Assembly: GCF_009914755.1 (NCBI RefSeq)
Contig: NC_060925.1
Strand: one strand, 5' to 3'
Source: the human T2T-CHM13v2.0 reference genome, Homo sapiens
Length of the DNA: 64,000 nt
Each line of letters begins with the position of its first letter. The first letter of the stretch is position 1. Shown piece after piece: positions 37,122 through 59,158 of this stretch. The position numbers and the translations under genes were made by a program. The notes under the pieces were generated by a model, which did not search any database, was not told the DNA's origin, and saw only the letters and a list, made by a program, of their open reading frames with translations.

Positions 37122-37637
37122 ATGTGGTTTCACCATGTTGGCCAGGCTGGTCTCAAACTCCTGGCCTCAGGTGATCCACCTGCCTCAGCCTCTTAAAGTG
37201 CTGGGATTACAGGTGTGAGTCACTGCACCCAGCTGACACCATTTATTTTTGTACTGATAATAAGGCACATTTGACTCTAGAGGTTTGTAAAGCCCTTGAG
37301 AACAAGGATCTTCTTATATGCCATGTATGTTAGTTAACGTTAATTAAAGCAGCCTTTTTGTTAAAAGATCTGTAAAAATAATAGCTAAAATTCAAAAGCA
37401 AGGTGCTGAGAGACATAGGAAAGGTGAGCAAGCTCACTTTTTATTTATTTTTTTGAGATGAGGTCTTGCCCTGTCACCCAGGCTGGAGTGCAGTGGCACC
37501 ATCAGTGCTCATTGCTGCCTCAACCTCCTGGGCTGAAGTGATCCTCCCACCACAGCCTCGCGAGTAGCGAGGAACACAGGTGCATGCCCCTATACTTGGC
37601 TAATTTTTTTATTTCTTGTAGAGATGGGGTATCACTA

Positions 37638-38366
<729 letters not shown>

Positions 38367-39211
38367 CTAATCCCCAAAATGTCACAGTTTAGTAAGGTGA
38401 TACGGCGTCCATACCACCCATTTATGTTTTGGGCAGGACCTAGAACCATAGGGGTTTATAGTATGAGTGGCAAGGATAGAGCATTTTGTGGTTATAGTGA
38501 ATAAGAAATAGTTTCTCTATTTAAGGAATGTCTAATCTTGTACAGCAACTAACCATAATGTGAGATGGAATGTATGCTCTACACAAGGCATTAACAACTT
38601 CATTTTGGAGTTAAGAGGTTGGGAAATTCACTTTGGGCTGAGAGAGCTAGAGGAAAGTGTTATGGAGGAGGTAGCTTTGCTCTCATGCTTTATAAAGTAA
38701 AATTTTATCAGGTGGTAAAGTGGAAAGAGATTGAGGAAATAGGAGGAGCAATGATTTTTCCTTGTACAGAGGCTAAAAAAGGAAATGCAAGTTTCACTTT
38801 AAAATAAATTGCATTTATTCATTATTTGTTATTATTATTTTTTGAGACGGGTATCACCATGTTGCTCAGGCTGGAGTGCAGTGGTGCAGTCTCGGCTCAC
38901 TGCAACCTTGACCTCCTGAGCTAAAGTGATACTCCTACCTCAGCTTCCCAAGTAGCTGGGACAACAGGCCAGCACCACCATGCCTGGCTAATTTTTGTGT
39001 TTTTTTGTAGAGATGGGGTTTCACCATGTTGTCCAGGCCAATCTCGAACTCCTGGCCTCAAGCCATCTGCCCTCCTTGGCCTCCCAAAGTGCTAGGATTA
39101 TAGGCATGAGCCATTGCACCTGGCCCTGTTTGTTAGGAAACAAGTCTTGGTCGGGCACGGTGGCTCACGCCTGTAATCCCAGCACTTTGGGAGGCTGAGG
39201 CGGGCAGATCA

Positions 39212-39487
<276 letters not shown>

Positions 39488-39532
39488 CTACAACTCCTGT
39501 CCTCAAGGGATCCTCCTACCTGAGCCTCTTGA

Positions 39533-39830
<298 letters not shown>

Positions 39831-40065
39831 TGATCCACCTGCCTCAGCCTCCCAAAGTGCTGGGATTACAAATGTGAGCCGCTGCGCCCGGCCTTTTTTT
39901 TTTTTTTTTTTTTTTTTTTGAGATGGAGCCTTGCTCTGCCGCCCAGGTTGGAGTGCAATGGCGCGGTCTTGGCTCACTGCAACTTCCACCACCCAGGTTC
40001 AAGCAATTCGGCCTCAGCCTCCTGAATAGCTGGGACTACAGGCGCGTGCCATTACACCCAGCTAA

Positions 40066-40266
<201 letters not shown>

Positions 40267-40268
40267 TA

Positions 40269-40783
<515 letters not shown>

Positions 40784-41588
40784 CTAGCATATAACTAGAG
40801 TTCAGTAGTCTCTCAGGAGGTGTGACAGACATTGCTACTCGTCTTAGCCAGTATTTATTTTTTAATTTTTTGAGACGGAGTCTCACTCTGTCGCCCAGGC
40901 TGGAGGGCAGTGGCGCGATCTCGGCTCACCACAAACTCCGCCTCCTGGATTCAAGCAATTCTCTGCCTCATCCTCCCAAGTAGCTGCGATTACAGGCACC
41001 CGCCACCACACCCAGCTAATTTTTGCATTTTTAGTAGAGATGGGGTTTCACCATGTTGGCCAGGCTGGTCTCGAACTCTTGACCTTGTGATCTGCCCACC
41101 TTGCCCTCCCAAAGTGCTGGGATTACAGGCATGAGCCACCATGCATGGCCTAATTTTTGTATTTTTAGTAGAGACGGGGTTTCACCAGCTTGGCCAGGCT
41201 GGTCTTGAACTCTTAACCTCATGATCCACCCACCTTGGCCTCCCAAAGTGCTGAGATTACAGGTGTGAGCCACCACGCCCAGCCGTCTTATCCAACATTT
41301 ATCCTCCCTTTCTTCCTTTCTGACAGAACCCCATTTTTTTTTTTTCAGAATTACAATGTGCTTAGCTTTCCATGACTCCCTTGCCACCCTGAAAATGTTA
41401 ATAAAACTTTGTCATGGGCGGGATGCAGTGGCTCACGCCTGTAATCCCAGCACTTTAGGAGGCTGTGGTGGGCAGATCACCTGAGGTCAGGAGTTTGAGA
41501 CCAACCTGGCCAACATGGTGAAACCCATCTCTACTAAAATACAAAAAAATTAGCTGGGCATAGTGGCAGGCACCTGTAATGCCAGCTA

Positions 41589-41766
<178 letters not shown>

Positions 41767-42332
41767 TCACTCAGGCTGGAGTGCAGTGGCGCATGATCGT
41801 GGCTCACTGCAGCCTCGACCTCCAGGACTCAGGTGATCCTCCCACCCTCTCACCTCAGCCGCCCCTCTCCCCTGGCCACCAGTGACTGAAACTACAGGTG
41901 TGCACCACTACCCCCTCTTAAACTCCTGGGCTCAAGCAATCACCTGCCTCAGCCTCCAAAAGTGCTGGGTTACAGGTGTGAGCCACCATGTCCAGCCAGT
42001 AGTACCTGTTAGTATGTAGTAAGAGCATAGGGGAGTGGTGGGGGCAAAGTTTGAAGTTTGGTGACAGATTGTGAAGGGCTTTCAGTGCTATTGATAAAAT
42101 TTTAAGCAGGGATGACACGATCGAATTTTGTAATTTAGGAAGCCAAGTCTAGGAGTGGTGGGCAAAGAGGTGGGGAGGCTGGTCCATGGGAATCTAGCTA
42201 GGGAGTTGTTGCAATTGTCTAGGGAAAATCTGACAAGGAGTTGAACAAATTTATCAAGAATGGGAAAGGGGCCGGGCGCGGTGGCTCACGCCTGTAACCC
42301 CAACACTTTGGGAGGCCGATGTGGGCGGATCA

Positions 42333-42668
<336 letters not shown>

Positions 42669-42787
42669 TTAAGATAACTTCCAAGATTTCCGGCCGGGTG
42701 CGATGGCTCAAGCCTGTAATCCCAGCACTTTGGGAGGCCGAGGCAGGTGGATCACCTGAAGTCGGGAGTTCGAGACCAGCCTGATCA

Positions 42788-42992
<205 letters not shown>

Positions 42993-43208
42993 CTATAATG
43001 GGAGGCAGGGTAAGTAGTGATGCTTTTTCAATTATTTATTTATTTTTTATATATTTTTAGAGACAGGTTCTTGCTGTCTCACATAGGCTGGTGTGCAGTG
43101 ATGCCATCATAGCTCACTATAACCTTGAACTCCTGGGCTCAAGGAAATCTTCCTGCCTAAGTCTCTTTAGTAGCTGGGACTACAGGTGCTGGTCACGCTC
43201 ATTTTTAA

Positions 43209-43487
<279 letters not shown>

Positions 43488-43935
43488 TGAGCCACTGCAC
43501 CTGGCTTACATTTTTTTTTTTTTTTTTTTGTAGAGGCAGGGTTTTGCTATGTTGCTCAAGCTGGTCTCGAACTCAACTCAAAGCATTGGGATTACAGGTA
43601 TGAGCCACTGTGCCCGGCCAAGTGATGCTTTTAAATAAGGGTGTATATATTTGGAAGACAAGCTTTGTTGGGAAAGATGATACATACTGAGCCAGAAGTG
43701 CTGTGAGACTCAGTAGATAAGGAATCCAACAGGCAGTCAGATATGCAGGATTAAGGCTACAGGAATGGTCAGGGCTATAGAAATATTTCAGGAGTTATCA
43801 AGAGGTAGATTGTAGTTTAATGAGAAAACAATTAACATTTACTGAGCATCTGTTAAATGGCAGACACTCTGGTGTTTGTGCATGGGTAGGGCACTCATAA
43901 TTGATGGCCTCAATTTTCTTTGAAAGGGAAACCCA

Positions 43936-44242
43936 GGCCGGGCGCGGTGGCTCACGCCTGTAATCCCAGCACTTTGGGAGGCCGAGGCGGGTGGATCATG
44001 AGGTCAGGAGATCGAGACCATCCTGGCTAACAAGGTGAAACCCCGTCTCTACTAAAAATACAAAAAATTAGCCGGGCGCGGTGGCGGGCGCCTGTAGTCC
44101 CAGCTACTCGGGAGGCTGAGGCAGGAGAATGGCGTGAACCCAGGAAGCGGAGCTTGCAGTGAGCCGAGATTGCGCCACTGCGGTCCGCAGTCCGGCCTGG
44201 GCGACAGAGCGAGACTCCGTCTCAAAAAAAAAAAAAAAAAAA
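43936..44242 (+). mobile_element. AluYb8 (human-specific)
   Basis: Diagnostic 7-nt duplication (gcggtccgcagtccggcc), ctaacaaggtg, ggaagcgg; CpGs mostly intact; TSD gaaagggaaaccca. Confidence 0.9.
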
Positions 44243-44436
44243 GAAAGGGAAACCCAGCCGGGTGCAGTGGCTCACACCTGTGATCCCAGCACTTTGGGAG
44301 GCTGAGGCGGGTGGATCACAAGATCAGGAGTTCAAGACCAGCCTAGCCAAGATGGTGAAACCCCGTCTCTACTAAAAAATACAAAAATTAGCTGGGGCTG
44401 GGCACAGTGGCAGGCACCTGTAATCCCAGCTACTCA

Positions 44437-44592
<156 letters not shown>

Positions 44593-45096
44593 TCAGCCTG
44601 GCGCAGTGGCTCACACCTGTAATCCCAGCACTTTGGGAGGCCAAGGTGGGCAGATCACCTGAGGTGGGAAGTTTGAGACCAGCCTGACTAATATGGAGAA
44701 ACCCTGTCTCTACTAAAAATACAAAATTAGCTGGGCCTGGTGGCGCATGCCTGTAATCCCAGCTACTTGGGAGACTGAGGCAGAATAGCTTGAACCCTGG
44801 AGGAAGAGGTTGCCGTGAGCCGAGATCACACCATTGCACTCCAGCCTAGGCAATAAGGGCAAAACTCTGTCTCAAAAAAAGAAAGAAAAAGAAAGAGAAA
44901 CCCTCTAAGGGGCTAGGGGGTAGGGCATTTAGGCAGTCTTGATGAGAAGAGTTTGGGACTGCTCCTTTAGAACTTCACCACTTTATCATTCTTACAGAGA
45001 ATGCTCCTGTCTTTGGTGATGCTTTCTTCTTCCAATGAATTGGAAATCAAAGATGAATTCTTTTCTACTTTACCTTTGAAATTTAGCTATATTCAC

Positions 45097-45502
<406 letters not shown>

Positions 45503-45790
45503 TAATAGAGACGGGGTTTCACTATGTTGGCCAGGCTGGTCTCAAACTCCTGACTTTGTGATCTGCCCGCCTCAGCCTCCCAAAGTGCTGGGATTACAGA
45601 TGTGAGCCACTGCACCCGGCCAAGAAAAGATATTATTTCTGAGATGCAGTCTCACTCTGTTGCCCAGGCAAGTGGCAGTGGCAGTGGCTTGATCATAGCT
45701 TATTGCAGCCTTGAACTCCTTGGCTGAAGTGATCCTCCTGCCTTGGCCTCCCAAGTAGCTGGGACTAAAAGCACACACTACCACACATAG

Positions 45791-45970
<180 letters not shown>

Positions 45971-46218
45971 TAAGAAAAACATATCATATTCTTATCCCCA
46001 TTTTTTATACAAAAAGAAAATTAAATGTAGATTTGGGAATTTATAGCCAGCTTTTAATTGATGGCTAGCATTTGAATTCAAGTCTAATTGTAGAGCCCTT
46101 TCTTATCCAGGAAGACTATGTAACAGGAGAAAGGAGGACCATGTAGAACTCTGAGGAATACCAATGTTTAAGAGGTGGGCAGGAAAAGAGAAAGAAGAAC
46201 CAGAGATGAATTGTTTAA

Positions 46219-46812
<594 letters not shown>

Positions 46813-46895
46813 CTCTGTGATATGTTTTCATGGCACCCTTTATTTTCCTTCACAGTATATATTATATATACATACACATACACACATAGACATAG

Positions 46896-47198
<303 letters not shown>

Positions 47199-47373
47199 TG
47201 ATCTGCCTGCCTTGCCCTCCCAAAGTGCCGGGATTACAGGTGTGAGCCACCGCACCTGGCCTGTTTTTTTTTTTTTTTTTTTTTTTTTTAAACCAAGCAA
47301 TGGTTATGGAAGTCTTGTCATTTTTAGTGATTTATTCCCTAGTGATACATTATTTTTTCTGTCCGGTGCTTGA

Positions 47374-47865
<492 letters not shown>

Positions 47866-48014
47866 TAACAATAGGGATTTTTTTTCCTTATAGTTTATCA
47901 TCTGAACTCCAGGGATTTTTTTTAGGTTTGCCTTGAAGGTGACTTTCTCCAGAGAGGATCTGTATTTCGTTCTCTGCAGTGCCTGACAATTAGGTTACTA
48001 TCACCCCGTAACTA

Positions 48015-48391
<377 letters not shown>

Positions 48392-48486
48392 CTATTCAGG
48401 TAGTATAAACTTAGACTATAAACTCATGAAGACTAGCCTGTGAATACTCAGGGGAGGTCTTCACAATCCTCGACTTCCACCCCTGA

Positions 48487-48777
<291 letters not shown>

Positions 48778-48855
48778 TAGCCACCATGGTCTCGATCTCC
48801 TGACCTCGTGATCCACCCGCCTCGGCCTCCCAAAGTGCTGGGATTACAGGCATGA

Positions 48856-49334
<479 letters not shown>

Positions 49335-49344
49335 TAGCCTCACC

Positions 49345-49692
49345 ACTCTTTTTCTGGCACCTGGCCCTGTGACTGGTTTTGTGGAAGACAATTTTTCGAT
49401 GGATCTTTTGGGGGCGGGGGTGCAGGAGCTGGGAATGGTATTGGGATGAAACTGTTCCATCAGATCATCAGGCATTAGATTCTCATAAGGAGGACGAAAC
49501 CCAAATCCCTTGCATGCATAATTCATGATAGGGTTTGCAATCCTATGAGAATCTAATGTCTGCTAATCTGACAGGAGGCGGAGCTCAGGCTGTGATGCTC
49601 ACTTGCCAGTCACTCATCTCCTGCTGTGCAGCCCGGTTCTTAACAGGCCATGAACTGGTGCTGGTCTGCAGCCCAGGGTTTGGGGACCCCTG
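49345..49692. mobile_element. MER1B-like hAT-Charlie DNA transposon
   Basis: ggttttgtggaagacaattttt...cattagattctcataagg...tatgagaatctaatg...ggggacccctg. Confidence 0.8.
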
Positions 49693-49998
49693 TCTCATTG
49701 AATATATGAAATTGGGAAGAAAGTCAGGAGTTCCTAAAAGGACAAGAGAGGAAAAAAATTCAGATAAGGACTGAAAAAAAGGTTATTGTATTTGGCAATT
49801 AGGCATTTTGAGAATAGATGTAGTAAAGTCATAAGGATAAAAGCTTAATTTCAGTGGGTTGACAAATTAAGAGAGCTGAAGAAGGTATAGAAAATAAAAC
49901 TTCTGGCCGGGTGCGGTAGCTCACACCTGTAATCCCAGCACTTTGGGAGGCCGAGGCAGGCAGATCATGAGGTCAGGAGATCCAGACCATCCTGGCTA

Positions 49999-50145
<147 letters not shown>

Positions 50146-50188
50146 CTACTGCACTCCAGCCTGGGTGACGGAGCGAGACTCCGTCTCA

Positions 50189-50597
<409 letters not shown>

Positions 50598-50711
50598 TCA
50601 CGAGGTCAACAGATCGAGACCATCCTGACCAACATGGTGAAACCCCGTCTCTACTAAAAATACAAAAATTAGCTGGGCGTGGTGGTGCGCGCTTGTAGTC
50701 TCAGGTACTCA

Positions 50712-50927
<216 letters not shown>

Positions 50928-51370
50928 TTAAAGAGAATGACCATGCAGAATAAAATACATTATAAAAGAGAAAGGATAAGTGTTAGGGTGCAGTATTTCA
51001 GAAGAGACAGATGAGAGGGTAAAGGTCTGAGTTATAAGGCCTTTGTAAGGAGATCCTCTTCTTCAGCCAGGCAGGAAGATACATACAGATGGGTGCCCTC
51101 ACAGTTTAGAGGTCAAAAGGAGGAATACGGCCGGGCACAGTGGCTCATGTGTGTAATCCTGGCACCTTGGGAGGCTCAGATGGGAAGATCCCTCAAGCCC
51201 AGGAGACCAGCCTGGGCAACATAGTGAGACCCCGTCTCTAAAAAAACATTAAAAAAAAATAGCCAAGTGTGGCGGTGTGCACCTGTGGTCCCAGCTCCTC
51301 AGAGGCTGAGGTGGGAGGATTGCTGGGGCCTGGGAAGTTGAAGCTGCAGTGAGCTGTGATGGCGCCACTA

Positions 51371-51886
<516 letters not shown>

Positions 51887-52905
51887 TCATTTGAAACCCT
51901 GTCTCTACTAAAATACAAAAATAATTAGCCAGTTGTGGTGGCGGGTGCCTGTAATCTCAGCTACCAGGGAGGCTGAGGCAGGTTAATTGCTTGAACCTCG
52001 GAGGCAGAGGTTGCAGGAAGCTGAGATCCTGCCGCTCTACTACTCCAGCCTGGGGGAGGGGAGGCGAGGGGGAAAAGGAAAAGGAAAGGGAAGAACGCTG
52101 GAGAATGTGGCACTGGTTTATTATCCTTTTGAGGCCGACTGTAAGGTGGTCTACAAAAGGCAAAGGCTGGGACTAGAAAGAGGTGCTTAAGGAGAGCAGC
52201 TGTGAGAAATTGACAAGGCATTTGGCTCCCCATGAGGACTGCCAAGTTAAGGCTGGAAACCACATACTGGTACCAGTTCCGACTCATGATTAACTAATGC
52301 TCTCCTATAAAACAGATGCCAACACTCAGAAGGAGAGAAAACACATCTGTGTCCTCAATACCTAGAACAACTGTTGGCATATCAACAGGCCCTCAATAAA
52401 TATTTCTTGAATGAGCAAATAAACATAAAGTTTACATTGATCTAGAACTGGGGAGGGGTGAGGTGGTTGGGACCAAAGAACAAAAGACAAAGGTAACTGA
52501 GGGTGTGGTAAAAGTGTCTTGAGATCATTGTCCATGAAGTCCAAGGTGGATAAGGAAAGAAGTGAAGCCAGAAAGGATATGGTAGATTGGAACTGTAGTT
52601 GACCCAAACTAGGTGATACAAAATTGAAGAATGAATGACAATTTATAGGTGTTTAGAAAATTTGTGGGTTCTGAAATGAAAGAAGCAGATCTTTAGAGGA
52701 AATGACCCAGTGACCCAGATGACTTAAGCCTAAGAAATGGGTAGAAAACTTGTTTACTATTAAATTTAAATTTTTCTCCTTTTGGGCTGGGCGCGGTGGC
52801 TCACACCTGCAATCCCAGCCCTTTGGGAGGCCGAGATGGGCGGATCACCTGAGGTCGGGAGTTCAAGACCAGCCTGACCAACATGGAGAAACCCCATCTC
52901 TACTA

Positions 52906-53064
<159 letters not shown>

Positions 53065-53234
53065 TCAAAGAAAAAAAATTTTTTTTCTCCTTTTGGCTTG
53101 AGACACAGAACTCACACCTCTCTTCTGTGAAGTCTACAATGGGGCCTGTAGCTGCACATTCCAGTTGAACTAGGCTCCCAGTTGCTATTGGCTGAGCAGA
53201 CAATGCAAACAATACTCAGAATCCTATTAACTAA

Positions 53235-53430
53235 CAATGGATTAACACCAAATTAGAAGTGTCTAGTGCATACTGTTCTGAGTGCTGTCCTATTCAATGT
53301 TTGTACAAATGGTTTAGTTAAGAACGTTGATGACAGATTATCACATTTGTAGACATCAATAATCTAGTAGAGATAATATGCTGGATAGCAGAATCAGAAT
53401 ATAAAGAGATCTTGGCAGGCAGGACCAAAT
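53235..53430 (+). mobile_element. L3/CR1 LINE RT-region remnant
   Basis: Degenerate match to the CR1 RT region (gtcctattcaatgtttgt...acatttgtagacatcaataatct...agaatcagaatataaagagatcttg). Confidence 0.55.
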
Positions 53431-53675
53431 CTAACGAGGTGGGGTTTTTTTTGTTTTGTTTTGTTTTTTCATTTTTTAGAGACAGGGTCTCTATATGCTG
53501 GAGCACAGCTGCTATTCACAGGTGCATTCATAGCACACTACAGCCTTAAAACTCCTGGCCTCAGATGATCCTCTAACGTTAGCCTCTGAAGTAGCTGGGA
53601 CTATAGGCATACCCCACTGCACCTAGCTAAGATGCAGTTTAAATGGGTCAAATGCAAAGTTCAGTGCAAAGGTTA

Positions 53676-53975
<300 letters not shown>

Positions 53976-54508
53976 CTAAATAAATAAATAAATAAAAATA
54001 AAGTGTCAGGGCATGGTGGCTTACACCTATTATCCCAGCACTTTGGGACGCTGAGACAGGAGAATCAATTGCGTTCAGGATTTTTTTTTTTTTTTTTTTT
54101 CTGAGATGGAGTCAGTTCCTGTCGCCCAAGCTGGAGAGCAGTGATGCGATCTCGGCTCACTGCAACCTCCACCTCCTGGGGTCAAGCGATTCACCTGAGG
54201 CCAGGATCTTGAGATGCTGTGTGCCTGTAGTCCTAGCTACTTGAGAGAAACTAAGATGGGAGGATCTTTTGAGCCTAGGAGTTCAAGGCTACAGTGAGCT
54301 ATGATCTCACCCATGTATACCAGCCTGTGTGACAGAGCAAGATCCTGTCTCTAAAAAATAACTTAGGAGAGACAACAAAAATATGGGCAAAATAAGGAGT
54401 TAAAATGGAGGACAATACAAATGGTATATACATACATGCCCATACACATATACCTATAATCTCTACACACGCATGTATGTATATGTGTGCATGTGTAACT
54501 TTTGCTTA

Positions 54509-54715
<207 letters not shown>

Positions 54716-55013
54716 TCAGGGGGCTGAGGCAGGAGAATTGCTTGAACCCAGGAGGTGGAGGTTGCAGTGAGCCAAGATCATGTCACTGTAGTCCAGCTTG
54801 GGTGACAGAGTGAGATTCTGTCTCTAAAATAATAATAATAGGCTGGGCGCGGTGGCTCACGCCTGTAATCCCAGCACTTTGGGAGGCCGAGGCGGGCGGA
54901 TCATGAGGTCAGGAGATCGAGACCATCCTGGCTAACACGGTGAAACCCCGTCTCTACTAAAAAAATACAAAAAATTAGCCGGGCATGCTGGTGGGCGCCT
55001 GTAGTCCCAGCTA

Positions 55014-55202
<189 letters not shown>

Positions 55203-55259
55203 TTAGAAAAGTATGGGCAAATGGCCTATAGCAGTCTTACAAGGTTGGTGGGAATATAA

Positions 55260-55680
<421 letters not shown>

Positions 55681-56991
55681 TTAAAGTCAATAAATTTTTA
55701 TTCAAGGAATTCCATGTTGTGATTTCTTCCACTGTCCATCAAGGTCACTTTAGATCCTCTAAAGAGCTGGAGTCAAAAGATTTATCTTCAAGTTAGCCTT
55801 TTTAATGAAACTGATCCAGTTGTCCTGTCAGCCCATAATTACTTTGGCTTCCTGTCGTCTCCTTTTAATGTGGATATACTGATGAAGACTTCAAAATTCA
55901 CCAAGAATCTTTGGGATCTAATTTCTTCAACCAATTTACTTTAGGGTCCTTTATACTGTCGGTCGTGGGGATCTGCCAGGTTATCAATTTGACACCTTAA
56001 GCCATCTCACTCAAGAATAGTACAGATGTGTGGAATATGCCAATACCTTTAACTCCAGACATCATGTTCTCAAGATAAAAGCTTTTAAAACAAAAAGCCA
56101 TCGTATGTCTCATCAACATGAAATTGGAATGCAAAATTAATACTGCTGAGGATTTCCCTCATATCCCATGCTGTTTAACTATCTATTCTACAGTCCTAGA
56201 ATCAATCTTTTTTTTAGGAGACAAGGTCTTTGTTACGAAGGCTGGAGTAGAGTGGTGCCATCAAAGCTCAGTGCAGCCTCCAACTCCTGGGCTCAATCCT
56301 TTTGCCTCAGCCTCCCCTTCCTGAGTAGCTGCAACTACAGGCACACGCCCCAATACCCAGCTAGTTTTTAAATTTTTGTGGAGATGAGGTGTTTGTTACT
56401 TTCTTGCCCAGGCTGGTCTTGAACTCCTGGTTTCAAGCAATACACCCACCTCAGTGTGGGGATTGCAGACTTGAGCCACTGCACCTGGCCTGGAACCAAC
56501 CTTTATGGCTATCAATACTCCCATCAGTTAACTGTCTCAGGTATCATAATATCCCTTCTTATATGTATCAAAACTCATACTGAACAATGAGTTCTGGGTT
56601 GCAAAAAGTACATATTAAAATTTTAAATGCTGGGCACGGTGGCTCACACCTGTAATTCCAGAACTTTGGGAGGCCGAGGAGGGCAGAGCACGAGGTCAGG
56701 AATTTGAGACAGCCTGACCAATATGGTGAAACCCCGTCTGTATTAAAAATACAAAAATTAGCTGGGCATGGTGGCACGTGCCTGTAGGCCCAGCTACTCA
56801 GAGGCTGAGGCAGAAGAATCGCTTGAATCCGGGAGGCAGAGGTTGCATTGAGCCAGAATCCGGGAGGCGGAGGTTGCATTGAGCCAAGATTGCGTCACTG
56901 TACTCCAGCCTGGGCAACAGAGCAAGACTCTGTCCCTTTAAAAAGAAAAAAAAAATTTAAATGTGCATACCCTGTGACCCAGCAACTTTCA

Positions 56992-57491
<500 letters not shown>

Positions 57492-58768
57492 TCACTGAAA
57501 CATTGTAATAGCAAACAATTGGAAACAATCTATATGTCCAACAACAGAATGGTTAAGTAAGCTGTGATACATTCATACTATAGGATACAATATAACAGTT
57601 CTTATGAATGAGACATCTTTATATGTATTGAGATGCAAGTTCTCTGAAACATGTTAAGGGTAAAAAGAAGATCTGGAATAATACAAACCATGTGATACTT
57701 TTTTTTTTTTTTTTTTTGAGACAGGGTCTGGCTCTATTGCCCAGGCTGGAATCCAGTGGCACTATCATGGCTCATTGCAGCCTTGACCTCCAGGGCTCAA
57801 GCAATCTTCCCATCTCAGCCTCCCTGTAGCTGGGACTACAAGTGTGTGCCACCACACCCGGCTATTTTTTAGTTTTTGTAGACACAAAACTATGTTACCC
57901 AGGATGGTCTCAAACTCCTGGCCTTGAGTGATTTTCCTGCCTTAGCCTCCCAAAGTGCTGGGATTACAGGTGTGAGGCACTATGCCCGGTTCATTTATGT
58001 TTTAAAAGTCTCATATAACTAGCCGGGTGTGGTGGCTCATGCCTATAATCTCAGCATTTTGGGAGGCCAAGGCAGGCAGATCGCTTGAGTCCAGGAATTC
58101 AAGATCAGCCTGGGCAACATGGCAAAACTCTGTCTCTACAAAAAATATACAAAAATTATCCAGGCGTGGTGGCATGTGCCTGTAGTCCCAGCTACTCTGG
58201 AGGCCAAAGTGGGAGGATTACTTGGTCTGGGAGGCAGAGGGTGCAGTGAGCGAAGATCATGCCACTACACTCCAGTCTGGGCAACAGAGTGAGACCGTCT
58301 AAAAAAAAAAAAAAAGTCCCATATATTTCTACATGTAAATACATAGAAAAAGGGCTGGAAGGATATATAATCAATATTAAACAGTGTTTATCTCTGGAAG
58401 GAAAGGACCAGGACTTGGAATAATGGCAAGGAAGCCTTGTTTGTAGTTTTTTTTTTTTTTTCATCGTTTTTGAGGAGTCTCACGCTATCGCCCAGGCTGG
58501 AGTGCAGTGGTGTCATCTCAGCTCACCGTACCTCCGCCTCTCCGCCTCCTGGGTTTAATCGATTCTCCTGCCTCAGCCTCCTCAGTAGCTAGGATTACAG
58601 GTGTCTGCCACCACGGCCAGATAATTTTTTTTTTTTTTTTTTTTTTTTTAGTAGAGACAGGGTTTCACCATGTTAGCCAGGCTGGTCTCAAACTTCTGAC
58701 CTCAAGTGATCGGCCGGCCTCGACCTCCCAAACTGCTGGGATTACAGGCATGAGTCACCAAGCCCGGC

Positions 58769-59158
<390 letters not shown>

